Positions 37,021 through 48,458 of a stretch of DNA of 61,472 nt are shown one piece after another. How positions within the stretch are numbered: the first letter of the stretch is position 1; each line of letters begins with the position of its first letter. The stretch is from the NCBI RefSeq assembly GCF_004010195.1, contig NC_057718.1, positions 53,491,413 through 53,552,884 on the forward strand, in the 5' to 3' direction. Origin of the DNA: Chiloscyllium plagiosum (lineage: Eukaryota). The notes under the pieces were generated by a model, which saw only the letters and a program-made list of their open reading frames with translations, was not told the DNA's origin and made no database searches. The translations under genes and the position numbers were made by a program.

Positions 37021-38867
37021 TAGACTTCAAACAGAACTTCCAATTCAAGACTGGGCTGTGGGCCATCAGCAGCAAGCAGAGTTGTACTCCAGCACAATCT
37101 GTAACTTCATGGCCTAATATATCCCCCACTCAACCATTACCATCAAGCCAGGGAGTCATCACTGAGAGTGCTGGAAGGTATGCCAGGAGCAGCAGCAGAC
37201 AGATCTGCAAATGTGATGAAGCTACCAAACAGGCTACTTAAATGTCAAACAGCAATAAGCAACAAATAACAGACAGAGGTCAGTAAGCCCACAACCAGCG
37301 GGTCAGATCTAAGCTTTTCAGTTATGCTGTATCCAATCGTGAATGGTGGTTGACAATTAAACAACTTACTGGAGGAGGAGGTGGTTCCACAATATCCTCC
37401 TCCTCAATGATGGAACAGCCCAAACCATCAGGGTAAAAAAATTAAGGCTAAAGACTTCGCAGCAGTCTTCAGCTAAACGTTGAAGTGGGTGATCCATCTC
37501 AGCCTCCTCCAGTGTTCCCTGCATTTCAGATACCAGTCTTTAGCCAATTTGAATCACTCCATGTAATGTCAAGAAACAGTTGGAGTTACTGATACCGCAA
37601 AAGCTATGCACCCTGGTAATAGTACTAAAGACTTGTGCTCCAGAACTTGCCACTCCCCTAACCAAGCTGTTCCAGTGCAATTGCAAAACTGGCATTTACC
37701 TGACGATGTGGAAAAAGACTCAGGTATGTCTTGTACATTAAAAGCAGAACAAATCCAACCTGGCCAGCTATCACCTCATCAATCTTCCCTTGATCATCAG
37801 TAAAGTGATGGAAGGTATCATCACAGTGCTATCAAGCAGCACCTGCTCAGCAATAACCTGCTCAGTGGTGCCTGGTTTGGGTTCTGCCAGGGCCACTCAG
37901 CTCCTGACCTCGTTACAACCTTGGTTCAAACATGGGCAAAAATGCTGAATTCCAGAGGTGAGGGGAGAGTGACAGCCCTTGACATCAAGGCTGCATTTAA
38001 TTGAGTGTGGCATCAATGAGTCCTAATAAAACTGGAATCAGTGGGTATCAGTGGGCAAAACCTCCGCTGGTTGGAGTCATACCTGACACATGGCTTTGGT
38101 TGTTGGATGTCAGTCCTCTTAGCTACAGGACATCTCTACAGGGGTTCCTCAGTGTAGTGTCCTAGGCCAAACCATCTTCAGTTGTTTCATCAAATACCTT
38201 CTTTCCATCACAAGATCAGAAGTGGGGATGTTTGTCAATAATGCACAATGCTCAGCACTATTCATAACACCTCAGATACTGAAGCAGTCTATGTTCAAAT
38301 GCTACAAGACCTGATCAATATCTAGGCTTGGGCTGACAAGTGGCAAGTAACATTCATGCCACATAAATGCCAGTAAAAAATCATCATCAATAAGAAAAAA
38401 ATCTAAGTACCTCTCCTTAACATTCTATGGTGTTACCATCACTGAATCCCCCACCATCAACATCCTTGGGGTTACCATTAACCATCCATTCCCTCCACTA
38501 CCAATGCTCAGTAGCAGCAGCGTGTACTATGTACAAGATTCTCTGTAGAAATTCACCAAAGATGTTTAGATAGCACCTTCTAAACAGTTAACCACTCCCA
38601 TCTAGAAAGGGATGGGCAGCAGATAAATGTGAATACCACCGGCAAGTTCCCCTCCAAGCTACTCACTATCCTGATTAAGAAATATGTCGCTGCTCCTTCA
38701 CAGTTGCTGGGCGAACATTCTGGAACTGGCCCCAGGGTATTGTGGGGCAACCTACAGCAGGTAGACTGGAGTGGTTCAAGAAGGCACCTTCTCAAGGGCA
38801 ACTATGGATGGTTAAAAAATGCCAACCAGCCAGTGATGTTCATGTCTCATGAATGAATAAAAAAAAT
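37021..38867 (+). mobile_element. CR1/L2-group LINE, 3' part (RT and tail)
   Basis: QFGFRQGHSAPDL-like segment, ALDIKAAFN*VWH, GVPQCSVLG and WADKWQVTF, ending catgaatgaataaaaaaaa. Confidence 0.88.
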
Positions 38868-40037
38868 GGTAGGGAGCTTCAAGGAGGTCCTCAACACATC
38901 CTTGAAATCTTCATTACTGAAAGCACAAGCCAATAATATTATGGCTAATTGAGACCCATCTGGGACATTGGTAAACAATGGAACCAAACATGAATCCCTT
39001 TATCCATAGTGAGATAGAAACTGGGAAAGATAAAGCAATGCAAGGAAAGATTAGGGTTAGAGTCACATCAGGTACAGAACAAGAAACAAAAAGTGGGAAA
39101 GAAGCATTGGATTAAGGAAGAATTAGAAAGTATTCTGAAAGGAAAAATAAAATTATCCTATGTTTCACATGTTTCAAAAATCTCTAACAATAATTCATTG
39201 CCTGTGGGAATGAGACTTCACAATTTTAGTGGTTCAGTTTATGGGCTGGAGAGGCACTGTAGAATTGAAAGAACATCATTTTCATCATTAACATGGTACT
39301 GATGTTATTAAGTATTTTTTATGTTGTCCATTAATGTGCAACTACAAAAAAGTCTTTAAAAGGTTGAGGAAAACCATCATTTTATGAAGGTAAAAATATT
39401 GTCCATCAATTAGCTCCTTACCACAAGTTGCAGGTAACCTTATCACTAATATAAGCATTCAACAGGCTATTATTTTGATTGCAAATGCAAGCCTATTATC
39501 TTTTCAAATTTGTTACTTTGGTTTAAGTGCAGTTCAGATTTCTGCAATTAAAGTCTAGAGTGATCCTACATGAAACAGTTTGAGCAGCCTCAAACTGTGA
39601 AACATATTAATATCATTAGGATTGATAGATTAGGCACTTGGGAATCACTAGTTAGCATTAAGTAGATACTTAAATTGAGTACATTGAATTTAAAGTGGCC
39701 TGTTATATATTATGTCATTTATGTAATTGATTAAGAACCAGTTCTGAGAACATTGCTGTGAGTAGTGTATGTTTTAAAGAAGCAATTAGAAGTAAAGATG
39801 GCATTGAGCAATAAAAATATACAGGGCCAATTTTAAATGGCTGCAAAGATTGGATTAGAGGTGATTAGGTTGATAGGTCCACATACATGGTTGTGCCTTC
39901 GAGCCACTTTTGTTCCAGGATGATCAGCACAGAGTACCGAAAACCAGTGGGTAGCCTTTTTGCCCAATTAGATGGTCTATCGAGACCATTCCGAAGAAGC
40001 TGGCTGGAGGGCCGTTATTAATGACAAATGATGGTGT

Positions 40038-40095
40038 CAGAAACAAAACCAGAAAATGCTGGAAAATCTCAGCAGGTCTGGCAGCATCTGTAGAA
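40038..40095 (-). mobile_element. Old PLE pseudo-LTR fragment
   Basis: aaacaaaaccagaaaatgctggaaaatctcagcaggtctggcagcatctg. Confidence 0.65.
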
Positions 40096-40299
40096 CTGTA
40101 TATGCTAAAATCTGGAACAACGTCACTCCACTCCCACTGATACACTTAGCCACCTTAGTTGTTGCCAGCTCTGGATCAGAGTGAGATAAGATCTCATAGG
40201 ATTTCACCATCTTGTTTATCCTCTCAAATAGGGACTACTGACGATGATCCCATTACCACGTTATGGTCTTGCTTTACAAGTTGACTCAGATGCTTGATG

Positions 40300-40492
40300 G
40301 AGAAAGTGAGGACTGCAGATGCTGGAGATCAGAACTGAAAATGTGTTGCTGGAAAAGTGCAGCAGGTCAGGCAGCATCCAAGGAGCAGGAGAATCAACTT
40401 TTCCTGAAGAAGGGCTCATGCCCGAAACGTCGATTCTCCTGCTCCTTGGATACTGCCTGACCTCCTGCACTTTTCCAGCAACACATTTTCAG
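40300..40492. mobile_element. Fold-back PLE mini-element with intact hammerhead core (40404-40431, +)
   Basis: Inverted arms around CTGAAGA-a-gggc-tcat-gccc-GAAAC-GTC. 15-bp TSD ctcagatgcttgatg at 40285-40299 and 40493-40507. Confidence 0.92.
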
Positions 40493-40654
40493 CTCAGATG
40501 CTTGATGATTATAAGCTTGATGTGGTGGAAACATCCCCATTTGAAGAACCACTTCCATGAATATCTGCAGTTTTGCAATATTTGTGGGTGCTGGGAAATC
40601 ATTTTGTTTCTGTATGCCCACCATAAAACACATTACATGAAGAAGAACTGAGGA

Positions 40655-40930
40655 GGATGTAACTGCTCTTGATATCAAAGCAACATTTGACCAACTATGG
40701 CATCAAGGAACCCTAACAAAACTAAACTCAATATGAGTTGGGGAAACTCCCGATTGGTTGGATTCTTACCTAGCACAAAGGGAGATTACAGCAGTTAATG
40801 TCAATGACCTCAGCTCCAGGATATCTCTGCAGGAGTTCTTCAGGGTGGCGTCCAAGGCCCAACCATCTTCAACTGCCTTTGTCAATGACCCTCTCTCCAT
40901 GTTAAGATCAGAAGGGGGATGTTCACTGAA
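40655..40930 (+). mobile_element. RT fragment of the same LINE family as 37021-38867
   Basis: ALDIKATFDQLWHQG...GPTIF..FVND. Confidence 0.8.
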
Positions 40931-41139
40931 TTTGTGTCATTTTCACACCTCTGAAAGTACAAAATAGAAGCAGAAGACCACTTGTTTCCTTGAGCCCAAT
41001 CCGACATTCTATAACATTATTTCCTAAAACATATTTCAAGACTTACCTCCACTGCCTTCTGAGGCAGAGAGTTCCAAAGCTACACAACCCTATGAAAGAA
41101 AGGTATTTTCCTTATCTATGTCCTGAAATAGGACATAAT

Positions 41140-41475
41140 TTAAAATAGGCCATTCAACTCATCAAATCTGCTCTATCATTCAATTATGGCTGATATGTTT
41201 CTCAACCCCATTCTCCTGCCTCTCCCCATAACCCTTGATGCCTTCATTAATCAAAAACCTATCTATCTCTCTATGTTCACTCTATTCAAGCCTTTCAGTT
41301 CCTGGTAAGTTCCAATCAGATTCCCCCCTCATCCTTCTAAACTCCATCAAGTACAAACCCAGAGTCCTTAATCGCTCCTCACATGACAAGCCCTTCCTCC
41401 CCAGGACCATTCTTGTAAACTTCCTCTGGACCCCTCCTTAGGTACAGAACCCAAAACTGCTCAAAATATTCCAAA
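41140..41475 (-). mobile_element. CR1 3' fragments
   Basis: aataggccattcaactcatcaaatctgctctatcattcaattatggctgat...cccaaaactgctcaaaatattcc. Confidence 0.75.
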
Positions 41476-41547
41476 TTTAATTTAATTTTTAAATTTAAGC
41501 AATACTCTGCTTTTTAATGGTTTTAATTATCCTATTTTTTGATTCAG

Positions 41548-41640
41548 CCTGTTCAGAGATATTATTAGACACCCCTAGAGTAGGTGAAACTTGAACTAAG
41601 GCCTCTCAGTCCAGGTGTGGGGACACCACAAGAGGGCTCT
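41548..41640 (-). mobile_element. Degenerate tRNA-derived SINE head
   Basis: Minus strand has a B-box-like agttcaagt. A related, more decayed copy lies at about 55565-55672. Confidence 0.45.
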
Positions 41641-41941
41641 TACGTATCTTTTTATTTGTCCTGCCAAAGTGAACAATGTTAATTTTTCAACATCAACTGT
41701 CTTGTCATATTATGTTTTCGCTGAACCATGCATCCAAAAGACAAATTATGCCTTCCATTTCCTCCAATATATTTGACATTGTCCTCTGGGATATTTTCAG
41801 TGCAACTGTGATCCCAAATTTTAGACAGCTAAAATAGTGATGCCCAAATTCGATAATGAAGGTGTTAAAGGTTTGAAATCTTTATCTAGTGGCAACTGCC
41901 AGAATCTTCTGCTTGCATCCAATTTGTGAAGATGGTACTCT

Positions 41942-42845
41942 TAGAAACATACAAGATAGGAACAGAAATAGGCCATTTGAACCTTGGCGCCTACTCCAGC
42001 ATTCACTATGATCATGGATGACCACTGAGCTCAATATCTTAATTCTTCCCTCTTTCCATAACCCTTGTTCCTTTAACCAGAAGAGTTAATATCTACATTC
42101 TTCCTGAAAACGCGTAATGTTTTGGTCTCAACCACTTTCTATGAAAGCGAATGCCACAGGCTCAGCACTCTCTAAGAAAGTTCTTCTCATTTTGGTCCTA
42201 AAAGGTTTACCCCTTATGCTTAAACTATAATCCCTGGTTCTGGAGTTACATACCCTGCATGGGGATATCTCTCCTGCTTCTAATCCTTATAGTTCTATTG
42301 GAATTTTATAGGTTTCTAGGAGAACTTCCTCATTCTTCTAAACCCCAATGAATATAATCCTGACTGACTCAATCTCTCCTCACAATTCAGACCTGGAATC
42401 AATTGGTAAAATTTTGCTGCACTCCCTCTACAGCAAAAACGTCCTTTCACAGGTAAGAAGACAAAATTGCACTCACTGTTCCAGACGCAACCTCACCAAT
42501 ACCCTGTACAATCGCAACAAGACATTCTTTTTCCTGTACCCAAATCTTCTTGCTATGTAGACCATTGTAGTTTTCCTTCTTTACTGCCTGCTGCACCTGC
42601 GCACTAACTTTCAGTGATTGGTGCACAAGGACACCCAGGTCTTGGGGTACATTCCCCTCTCTCAGTTTGCAGCCATTCAGATAATAATCCGCCTTCCTAT
42701 TTTTTCCTATCAAAGTGGATAACCTCACATTCACCGACATTAAACTGCATTTGCTATGCATTTACCCGCACACTCAGCTTATCTAAATCGCACTGTAACA
42801 TGTCTGCAACCTCCTCACAGCCCACCCTTCCATCTAGTTTAGTTC
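41942..42845 (-). mobile_element. CR1 ORF2 3' part and tail
   Basis: ORF 42447-42761 reads GKNRKADYYLNG..L....PQDLGVLVHQSLKVSAQVQQAVKK. Reverse tail tagaaacatacaagatagg. Confidence 0.88.
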
Positions 42846-43081
42846 TGCTAAGCTTTCATCTCCTGGTTCGATACAATATTCTTCACATTCATCTTGTTCA
42901 ACTAGTAAGGACAAATTCTGATAGAACATTTAAGTTAAAGTTTTGGAACAAATGCCATGAAGGAACAATATTTCCTAGGTCTCGTTACTTGCCTCTATTT
43001 CAGTTCTCAAATTCTTTAGAAGTGGAAGTAGAACTTGGCGAGGTATAATCTGACAAATGGATTTTGCATCACACGCCTGTA

Positions 43082-43309
43082 CAGTGTGTTCAGCTTTAAT
43101 GTAGCAGTTGTGTTCCTGTGCAACCTCGCACTACAGAACATTGTGCTATGGAAAACTGCTATAGGAAATCACATTGTAGAAGGTCACTATATAAAATTGC
43201 TGTACCTGTTCAGTAGAAAGTTTGCATTATTCAAACAATCTCCATAATTTGCCAATCGCACTATAGCCAATTTACATAGATGAAACATGCATTATACGAA
43301 AACAACCTG
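43082..43309 (-). mobile_element. Tc1/mariner MITE (family of 23748-23936)
   Basis: TA|cag...aacaacctg|TA. The internal caatcgcactatagccaattt is the reverse complement of the family interior. Confidence 0.7.
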
Positions 43310-43377
43310 TAAGATAATACAGATTTTTCAGTCTGCTCAAGCCTTTAAATAATTTCAGCAATTTGATTCTGAATTTG

Positions 43378-43515
43378 AATCACAAACAGAAATTGCTGGA
43401 GAAACTTAGCAGATCTGGTCGCATCTGTGGTGACAAAGCAGAGTTAACACTTTGGATCCCGTGATTACGTATTCTGCTTTTGTTTCAATCTTCCAGCAAC
43501 CACATATTTTTGGTG
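43378..43515. mobile_element. Old PLE pseudo-LTR piece
   Basis: cagaaattgctggagaaacttagcagatctgg...gcagagttaacactttgg. Confidence 0.6.
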
Positions 43516-43564
43516 TATTTTTTAAAATTCTGAATTTATTGTTTTGATCATTTTCCATTTTTAA

Positions 43565-43870
43565 AAAATTCACACAAAGCATCTGGCCATTACAGGCTGG
43601 ACTAGTAATTGTTGCGCATCCATAGTTTCCCTTGAGGTGATGGTGAGCTGCCTTCTTAAATGGTTGCAGTCCATTTGCTACAGATACCCCAAAATATTGT
43701 TAGAAGGCCAGTTCCAGGATATTGACGCAGTGACATTAAAAGAACGGTGATATATTTCCAGTCAGGATGGTGAGTGGTTTGGAGGGGAACTTGCAGGTTT
43801 TGATTTTCCCATGCTGCCCTTGTTCTTCTCAATAAGAATAATCATAGGTTTGAAGATGCTGTCGAAGGAA
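43565..43870 (-). mobile_element. 3' end of the LINE family at 37021-38867
   Basis: Reverse complement of 38560-38865 (ggaggggaacttgc, ggtgagctgccttctt). Confidence 0.8.
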
Positions 43871-43885
43871 TTGTCTTTGTCTGTA

Positions 43886-44058
43886 TAGAACAACCTCGGT
43901 TATCTGAACATCAATTATCCGAATTTCGGATTATGCGAACAAGATCTCAAGTCCCTGTAAAACATTATCTGTTATCCAAACAATCAGTTATCCGAACAAT
44001 CAGTTATCCGAACAAAATACACCCCACCTATCTCACTCGGGTAATTGAGGCTGTTCTG
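43886..44058. mobile_element. Tigger-like MITE with internal ttatccgaaca repeats
   Basis: TA|tagaacaacctcggttatc...gtaattgaggctgttctg|TA. Confidence 0.8.
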
Positions 44059-44911
44059 TAGTATGAAAAGAGGTGTGAGAAAGCTTTCCAAAAAGATTAA
44101 CTGCGTCAGTCAGTTATGACACAGACACCTAGTCCTATATATTTCAGAGAGCAGACACCCTCTGGGGTGTTCATGGATTATTATTTACTGTGGTGGTTAA
44201 CTTACGTGGTTTACAACAGGTGGAACAAATATCGAAGCTATTAGCTTTTTTATTGTTCAGTATATTCAAGGATTGATTTCAGTTAAGAAAATCCAGCATT
44301 TCAAAGTTAAGAGGGCAGTTCTGGAGGAGACCTGATGGGGTTCAGAAGCAAATATAAACTCTCTCTCCAAAAGGAGTACAGCAGAGTACAAGGAATGGAC
44401 AATTTAATGGAAAAGCTCTATTCTCCTGATTTGAGTCTCAGGAAAGAAAGTGTTGGGAAATCGGAGGATACTTTGTTTTGCTATGTGTTTTTAAATCTTT
44501 CAAACTATTTTTGATATTAGGATTTTTTTTCTGTTTGCTTTCATCTTTTAGCTTGCAAATTACTATTCTGTGTTCACCAAACTCTGCGCCTTCATGTGAC
44601 TATTTTAATGAGCGACAATCATGTTCAGTACAGAAAAAAATCACTTGAGTCACATTTAATTCTAGGATCTGACTTGTACCATTAGCTGCTATCTTCGCAA
44701 TTGTGAATTACTTTCAGGTACATGCTTTTCTGCTTAATAACGAGCATTCTTCAGTTAGGATAATGTATACTTCTTGAAGATTTCTCTGTCTATTTACTTC
44801 AGCACTGCAAATGGCTACTCTTTTGTTGATCATTTCATTCCTCATGCATCTAAGAGCCAAATTGATACAGGTTGCAATGCTACTTGATTGGGTTATTCTA
44901 ACTCATCAGAG

Positions 44912-46668
44912 AGTATTGGGAAAATAAATAGTGACATCTTGAAAAATGTCCATATTACAGAGGAGGAGGTGCTGGACACCTTAAAATGCATAAAGGTGAA
45001 TAAATCCCCAGGACCTGATCATGTGTACCCTAGAACTCTGTGGGAAGCTAGGGACATGAGTGCTGGGTCTCTCACTGAGACAGTTGTACAATCGATAGTC
45101 ACAGGGGAGATGCCAGAAGACTGGAGGCTGGTGAATGTTGTGCCACTATTTAAGAAATGTGGTAAGGAAAAGACAGAGAACTATAGACCAGTGAGCCTTA
45201 CATCTGTGGTGGGCAAGTTGGTGGACAGGATCCTGAGGAACAGGATTTACATGTATTTGGAAAGCACTTCTTGAAGAAGGGCTCATGCCCGAAACGTCGA
45301 TTCTCCTGCTCCTTGGATGTTGCCTGATCTGCTGCGCTTTTCCAGCAACACATTTCAGCTCTGATCTCCAGCATCTACTGTCCTTACTTTCTCCATGCAT
45401 TTGGAAAGATAAGGACTGATTAGGAATAGTCAGCATGGCCTCATGCATGGAAAATCATGTCTTACCAACTTAATTGAGTTTTTTGAAGAAGTATCAATGA
45501 GGATTGATGACGGCAGCATGGTAGGCGTAACCTATATTGACCTCAGTAAGGCATTTGACAAGGTTCCTCAAGGTAGACTGGTTAGCAAAGTTAAATCACA
45601 TGGAATACAGGGAGAACTAGCCATTTGGATACAAAACTGGCTTGAAGGTAGAAAACAGAGGGTAGTGGTAGAGGGTTACTTATAAAACTGGAGGCCTGTG
45701 ACCAGTGGTGTGCCATAAGGATTGGCTGACTCCACTGCTTTTTGTTATTTACATAAATGATGTGGATGTGAACATAGAAGGTATAGTTAGTAAGTTTGCA
45801 GATAACGCCAAAATTGGAGGTGTAGAGGACAGCGAATAAGGTTACCTCAGGGAACAACAGGATCTTGATCAGAGGAGCTGGTGGGCTGAGGAGTGGGAGA
45901 TTGTGCTTAATTTAGATAAATGCAAGGTGCTGCATTTTGGAAAGGCAAATCAGTGCAGGAATTATACATTAATAGTAAGGTCCTGGGGAGTGTTCCTGAA
46001 CAAAGAGACCTTGGAGTGCAGGTTCATAGTTCCTTGAAAGTGGAGTTTTAGGTAAATAGAACAATGAAGAAGGTGCTTGGGATGCTTTCCTTTCTTGGTT
46101 AGTGCATTGAGTACAGGAGTTGGGATATCATGTGATGGCTGTACAGGACATCAAGTTAGGCCACTTTTGGAATACTGTGTTCAATTATGGTCTCCATGTT
46201 ATACAAAAGATGTTGTGAAACTTGAAAGGATTTGAGGGTTTGAGCTATAGGGAGAGGCTGAATAGGCTGAGGCTGTTTTCCTTGGAGTGTCAGAGGCTGA
46301 GGGGTGACCTTATAGAGGTTTATAAAACCATGAGGGGCATGGATGAGGTCTTATCTACAGGGTAGAGGAATCCAAAACTATAGGGCATAGGTTTATGGTG
46401 AGAGAGGGAATATTTAAAAGAGACCTAAGGGGAAACCTTTTCACATAGAGGGTAGTGTGTTTATGAAATGATCTATCAGTGGAAGTGGTGGCGGCTAGCA
46501 CAATTACAAGATTTAAAAGTCATCTGGATGGGTATATGAATAGGAGGGGTTCAGAGAGATATGTGCTAAATGCTAGCAAATGGGACATGATTCATTTATG
46601 ATATCTGTTCGGCAAAGAGGAGTTGGACTGAAGGGTCTGTTTCCATGCTGTACAGCTCCATGACTATA
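44912..46668 (+). mobile_element. 5'-truncated CR1 (HER1-type) ORF2 RT and 3' UTR
   Basis: KSPGPD, DWRLVNVVPLFKK, ENYRPVSLTS, DLSKAFDKVP and SKFADN, with tail ccatgactata. Confidence 0.95.
45265..45393 (+). mobile_element. Solo PLE pseudo-LTR inserted in CR1
   Basis: TSD catg(t/c)atttggaaag at 45250-45264 and 45394-45408. The uninterrupted CR1 at 57184-57198 (minus) has a single copy of this site. The hammerhead has a C3U variant. Confidence 0.93.
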
Positions 46669-47312
46669 CAACTGAATTGAAACTGCTACTCTGCTGTCCA
46701 GTTTAAATTAATATAGTGTCTATTAACCTCTCTGTTAGCGTTTGCTTTTTAAATCGTTGAATTCTCCAAGAAAGCTGTTTTCCTCAGTTTCTCATGAATA
46801 TATTTCTTGGATGGCGCTTTGCTTTGAGCTTTTCCATCTCTCATGAAGATAATAATTTTTTGGACTGAGACACTGACTTGAAATGATCAACGTTGCCAAA
46901 CACATGCTGTTCTGATAGGACATGCTTCATGTCTGTGGATCATCCTCCTATTACAGTGAGAACATGGCAAGATGGCACCTGGTGCTCCTTCGTTGCTCTC
47001 TCCTACTTGCTGCTACCACATGCTTTCAGTTTTGAAGCCAATAGATAGGATAGGCTCAGAACGTTAATTTCCAAAGGATTTCTCTCTTGCACCTAATAAA
47101 GCCACAATTCATTTTCAGACCTTAGCCTGTCTCACCAAGTTTGTTAATTTAGACTGTCGGATGACTGAAAGAATTTCCTCTAAAACCTTATCTACATCAA
47201 GTTAACTTTTCATTTTCCATAATCCCAGTTGTCTGTAATTGGTAATGGTTGTGAACAAAGGATTTGAAGCCTTCTCTTGGCCTCTGTTAACTTCTATTAA
47301 ACTTTGTTAGCC

Positions 47313-47944
47313 CTGGCCAGAACAGTGGCTCAGTGGTTATTATTGCTGCCTCACAACAGTAGCCTTCGATTCCAGCCTTGAACAATTGCCTGTGTGTTTT
47401 TTGCCATTCTCCCCATGTTTGTGTGAGTTTCTGCCTGTTGCTCTAGTTTGCTCCCACAGTTCAAAGATGTACAGGTTAGATGTATTGGCCATGCTAAATT
47501 GCCCCTCTGGGGATAGAACATAGAACGTTACATTACAGCGCAGTACGGGGTCTTTGGCCCTCGATGTTGCACCGACCTGTTATACCAATCTGGAGCCCAT
47601 CTAACCTACACTATTCCATATATGCTTGTCCAATGACGACTTAAATGTACTTAAAGTTGGCGAATCTACTACCGTTGCAGACAAGTATTCCATACCCTTA
47701 CTACTCTCTGAGTAAAGAAACTACCTCTGACATCTGTCCTATATCTTTCACCCCTCAATTTAAAGCTATGCCCCCTTGTGCTCGCCATCACCATACTTGG
47801 AAAAAAGGTGATATACAGGCTAGGTGGATTAGTCATGGTAAATGCAGGATTATAGGGTATGGGTCTGGGTGAGATGCTCTTCAGAGGGTTGGTGCAGACT
47901 AAATGGGGCTGATTGGCCTCTTCCTGCACTGTAGGGATTCTATG
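47313..47944 (+). mobile_element. Old HE1-type SINE split by a CR1 3' fragment (about 47513-47806, minus)
   Basis: Head gtggctcagtggtt and V domain, then tagaacatagaac...cgccatcacca, then the SINE 3' part resumes. Confidence 0.8.
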
Positions 47945-47954
47945 AAATATTACT

Positions 47955-48046
47955 GAAAACAGCAAATGTCAGCAATCCCAGCAGGTTAGACAGCATCCAT
48001 GGAGAGACAGCAAGCTAACATTTTGAGTCTAGATGACTTTTCATCA
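47955..48046 (-). mobile_element. PLE-type pseudo-LTR with decayed hammerhead
   Basis: Minus strand reads tgatgaaaagtcatctagactcaaaatgttagcttgc...atggatgctgtctaacctgctg. Confidence 0.6.
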
Positions 48047-48343
48047 TGAATGATTATGTTGGACCAAATGCTAAGATAAGAATCAAAAGTGCTGATTCCA
48101 TCCTTGTAGATCACTGGCTCTTTGCTCACTCTTGTCTTGCTAACACATCATCTGCAATGCTGCCCAATGTGTGTAGCAAGGTACTGATCTGATCCTCATT
48201 GACTTGGTTGCCAAACCTTTTTGTAATGTTTGAATTGCCTTCTCCAGTACTGCTATCATTCTGTCTGTCATGGATCCTTCACGGTTTCAAATTTCTGTGG
48301 AAGTGACAAGGTTGCATCCATTTCCCCTCCCTGGCCCAAGATT

Positions 48344-48458
48344 TTCTGAGGAAGGCCCTTCTGAGGAAGAGTCACCAGACCTGAAACGTTAACTTTGATT
48401 TCTCTTCACAGATGCTGCCAGACCTGCTGAGTTTTTCCAGCAACTTCTGTTTTTGTGT
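48344..48458 (+). mobile_element. PLE pseudo-LTR with hammerhead-like core
   Basis: CTGAGGA-agagtcaccagacct-GAAAC-GTT-aac...cagatgctgccagacctgctgag. ttctgaggaag is duplicated at the 5' end. Confidence 0.75.

Noticed and set aside
44110..44700. Possible solo LTR (also about 10150-10730, 18005-18945 and 28790-29300)
   Set aside because: Composition is LTR-like, but there are no clear TG...CA termini, TSD or second copy in the window.
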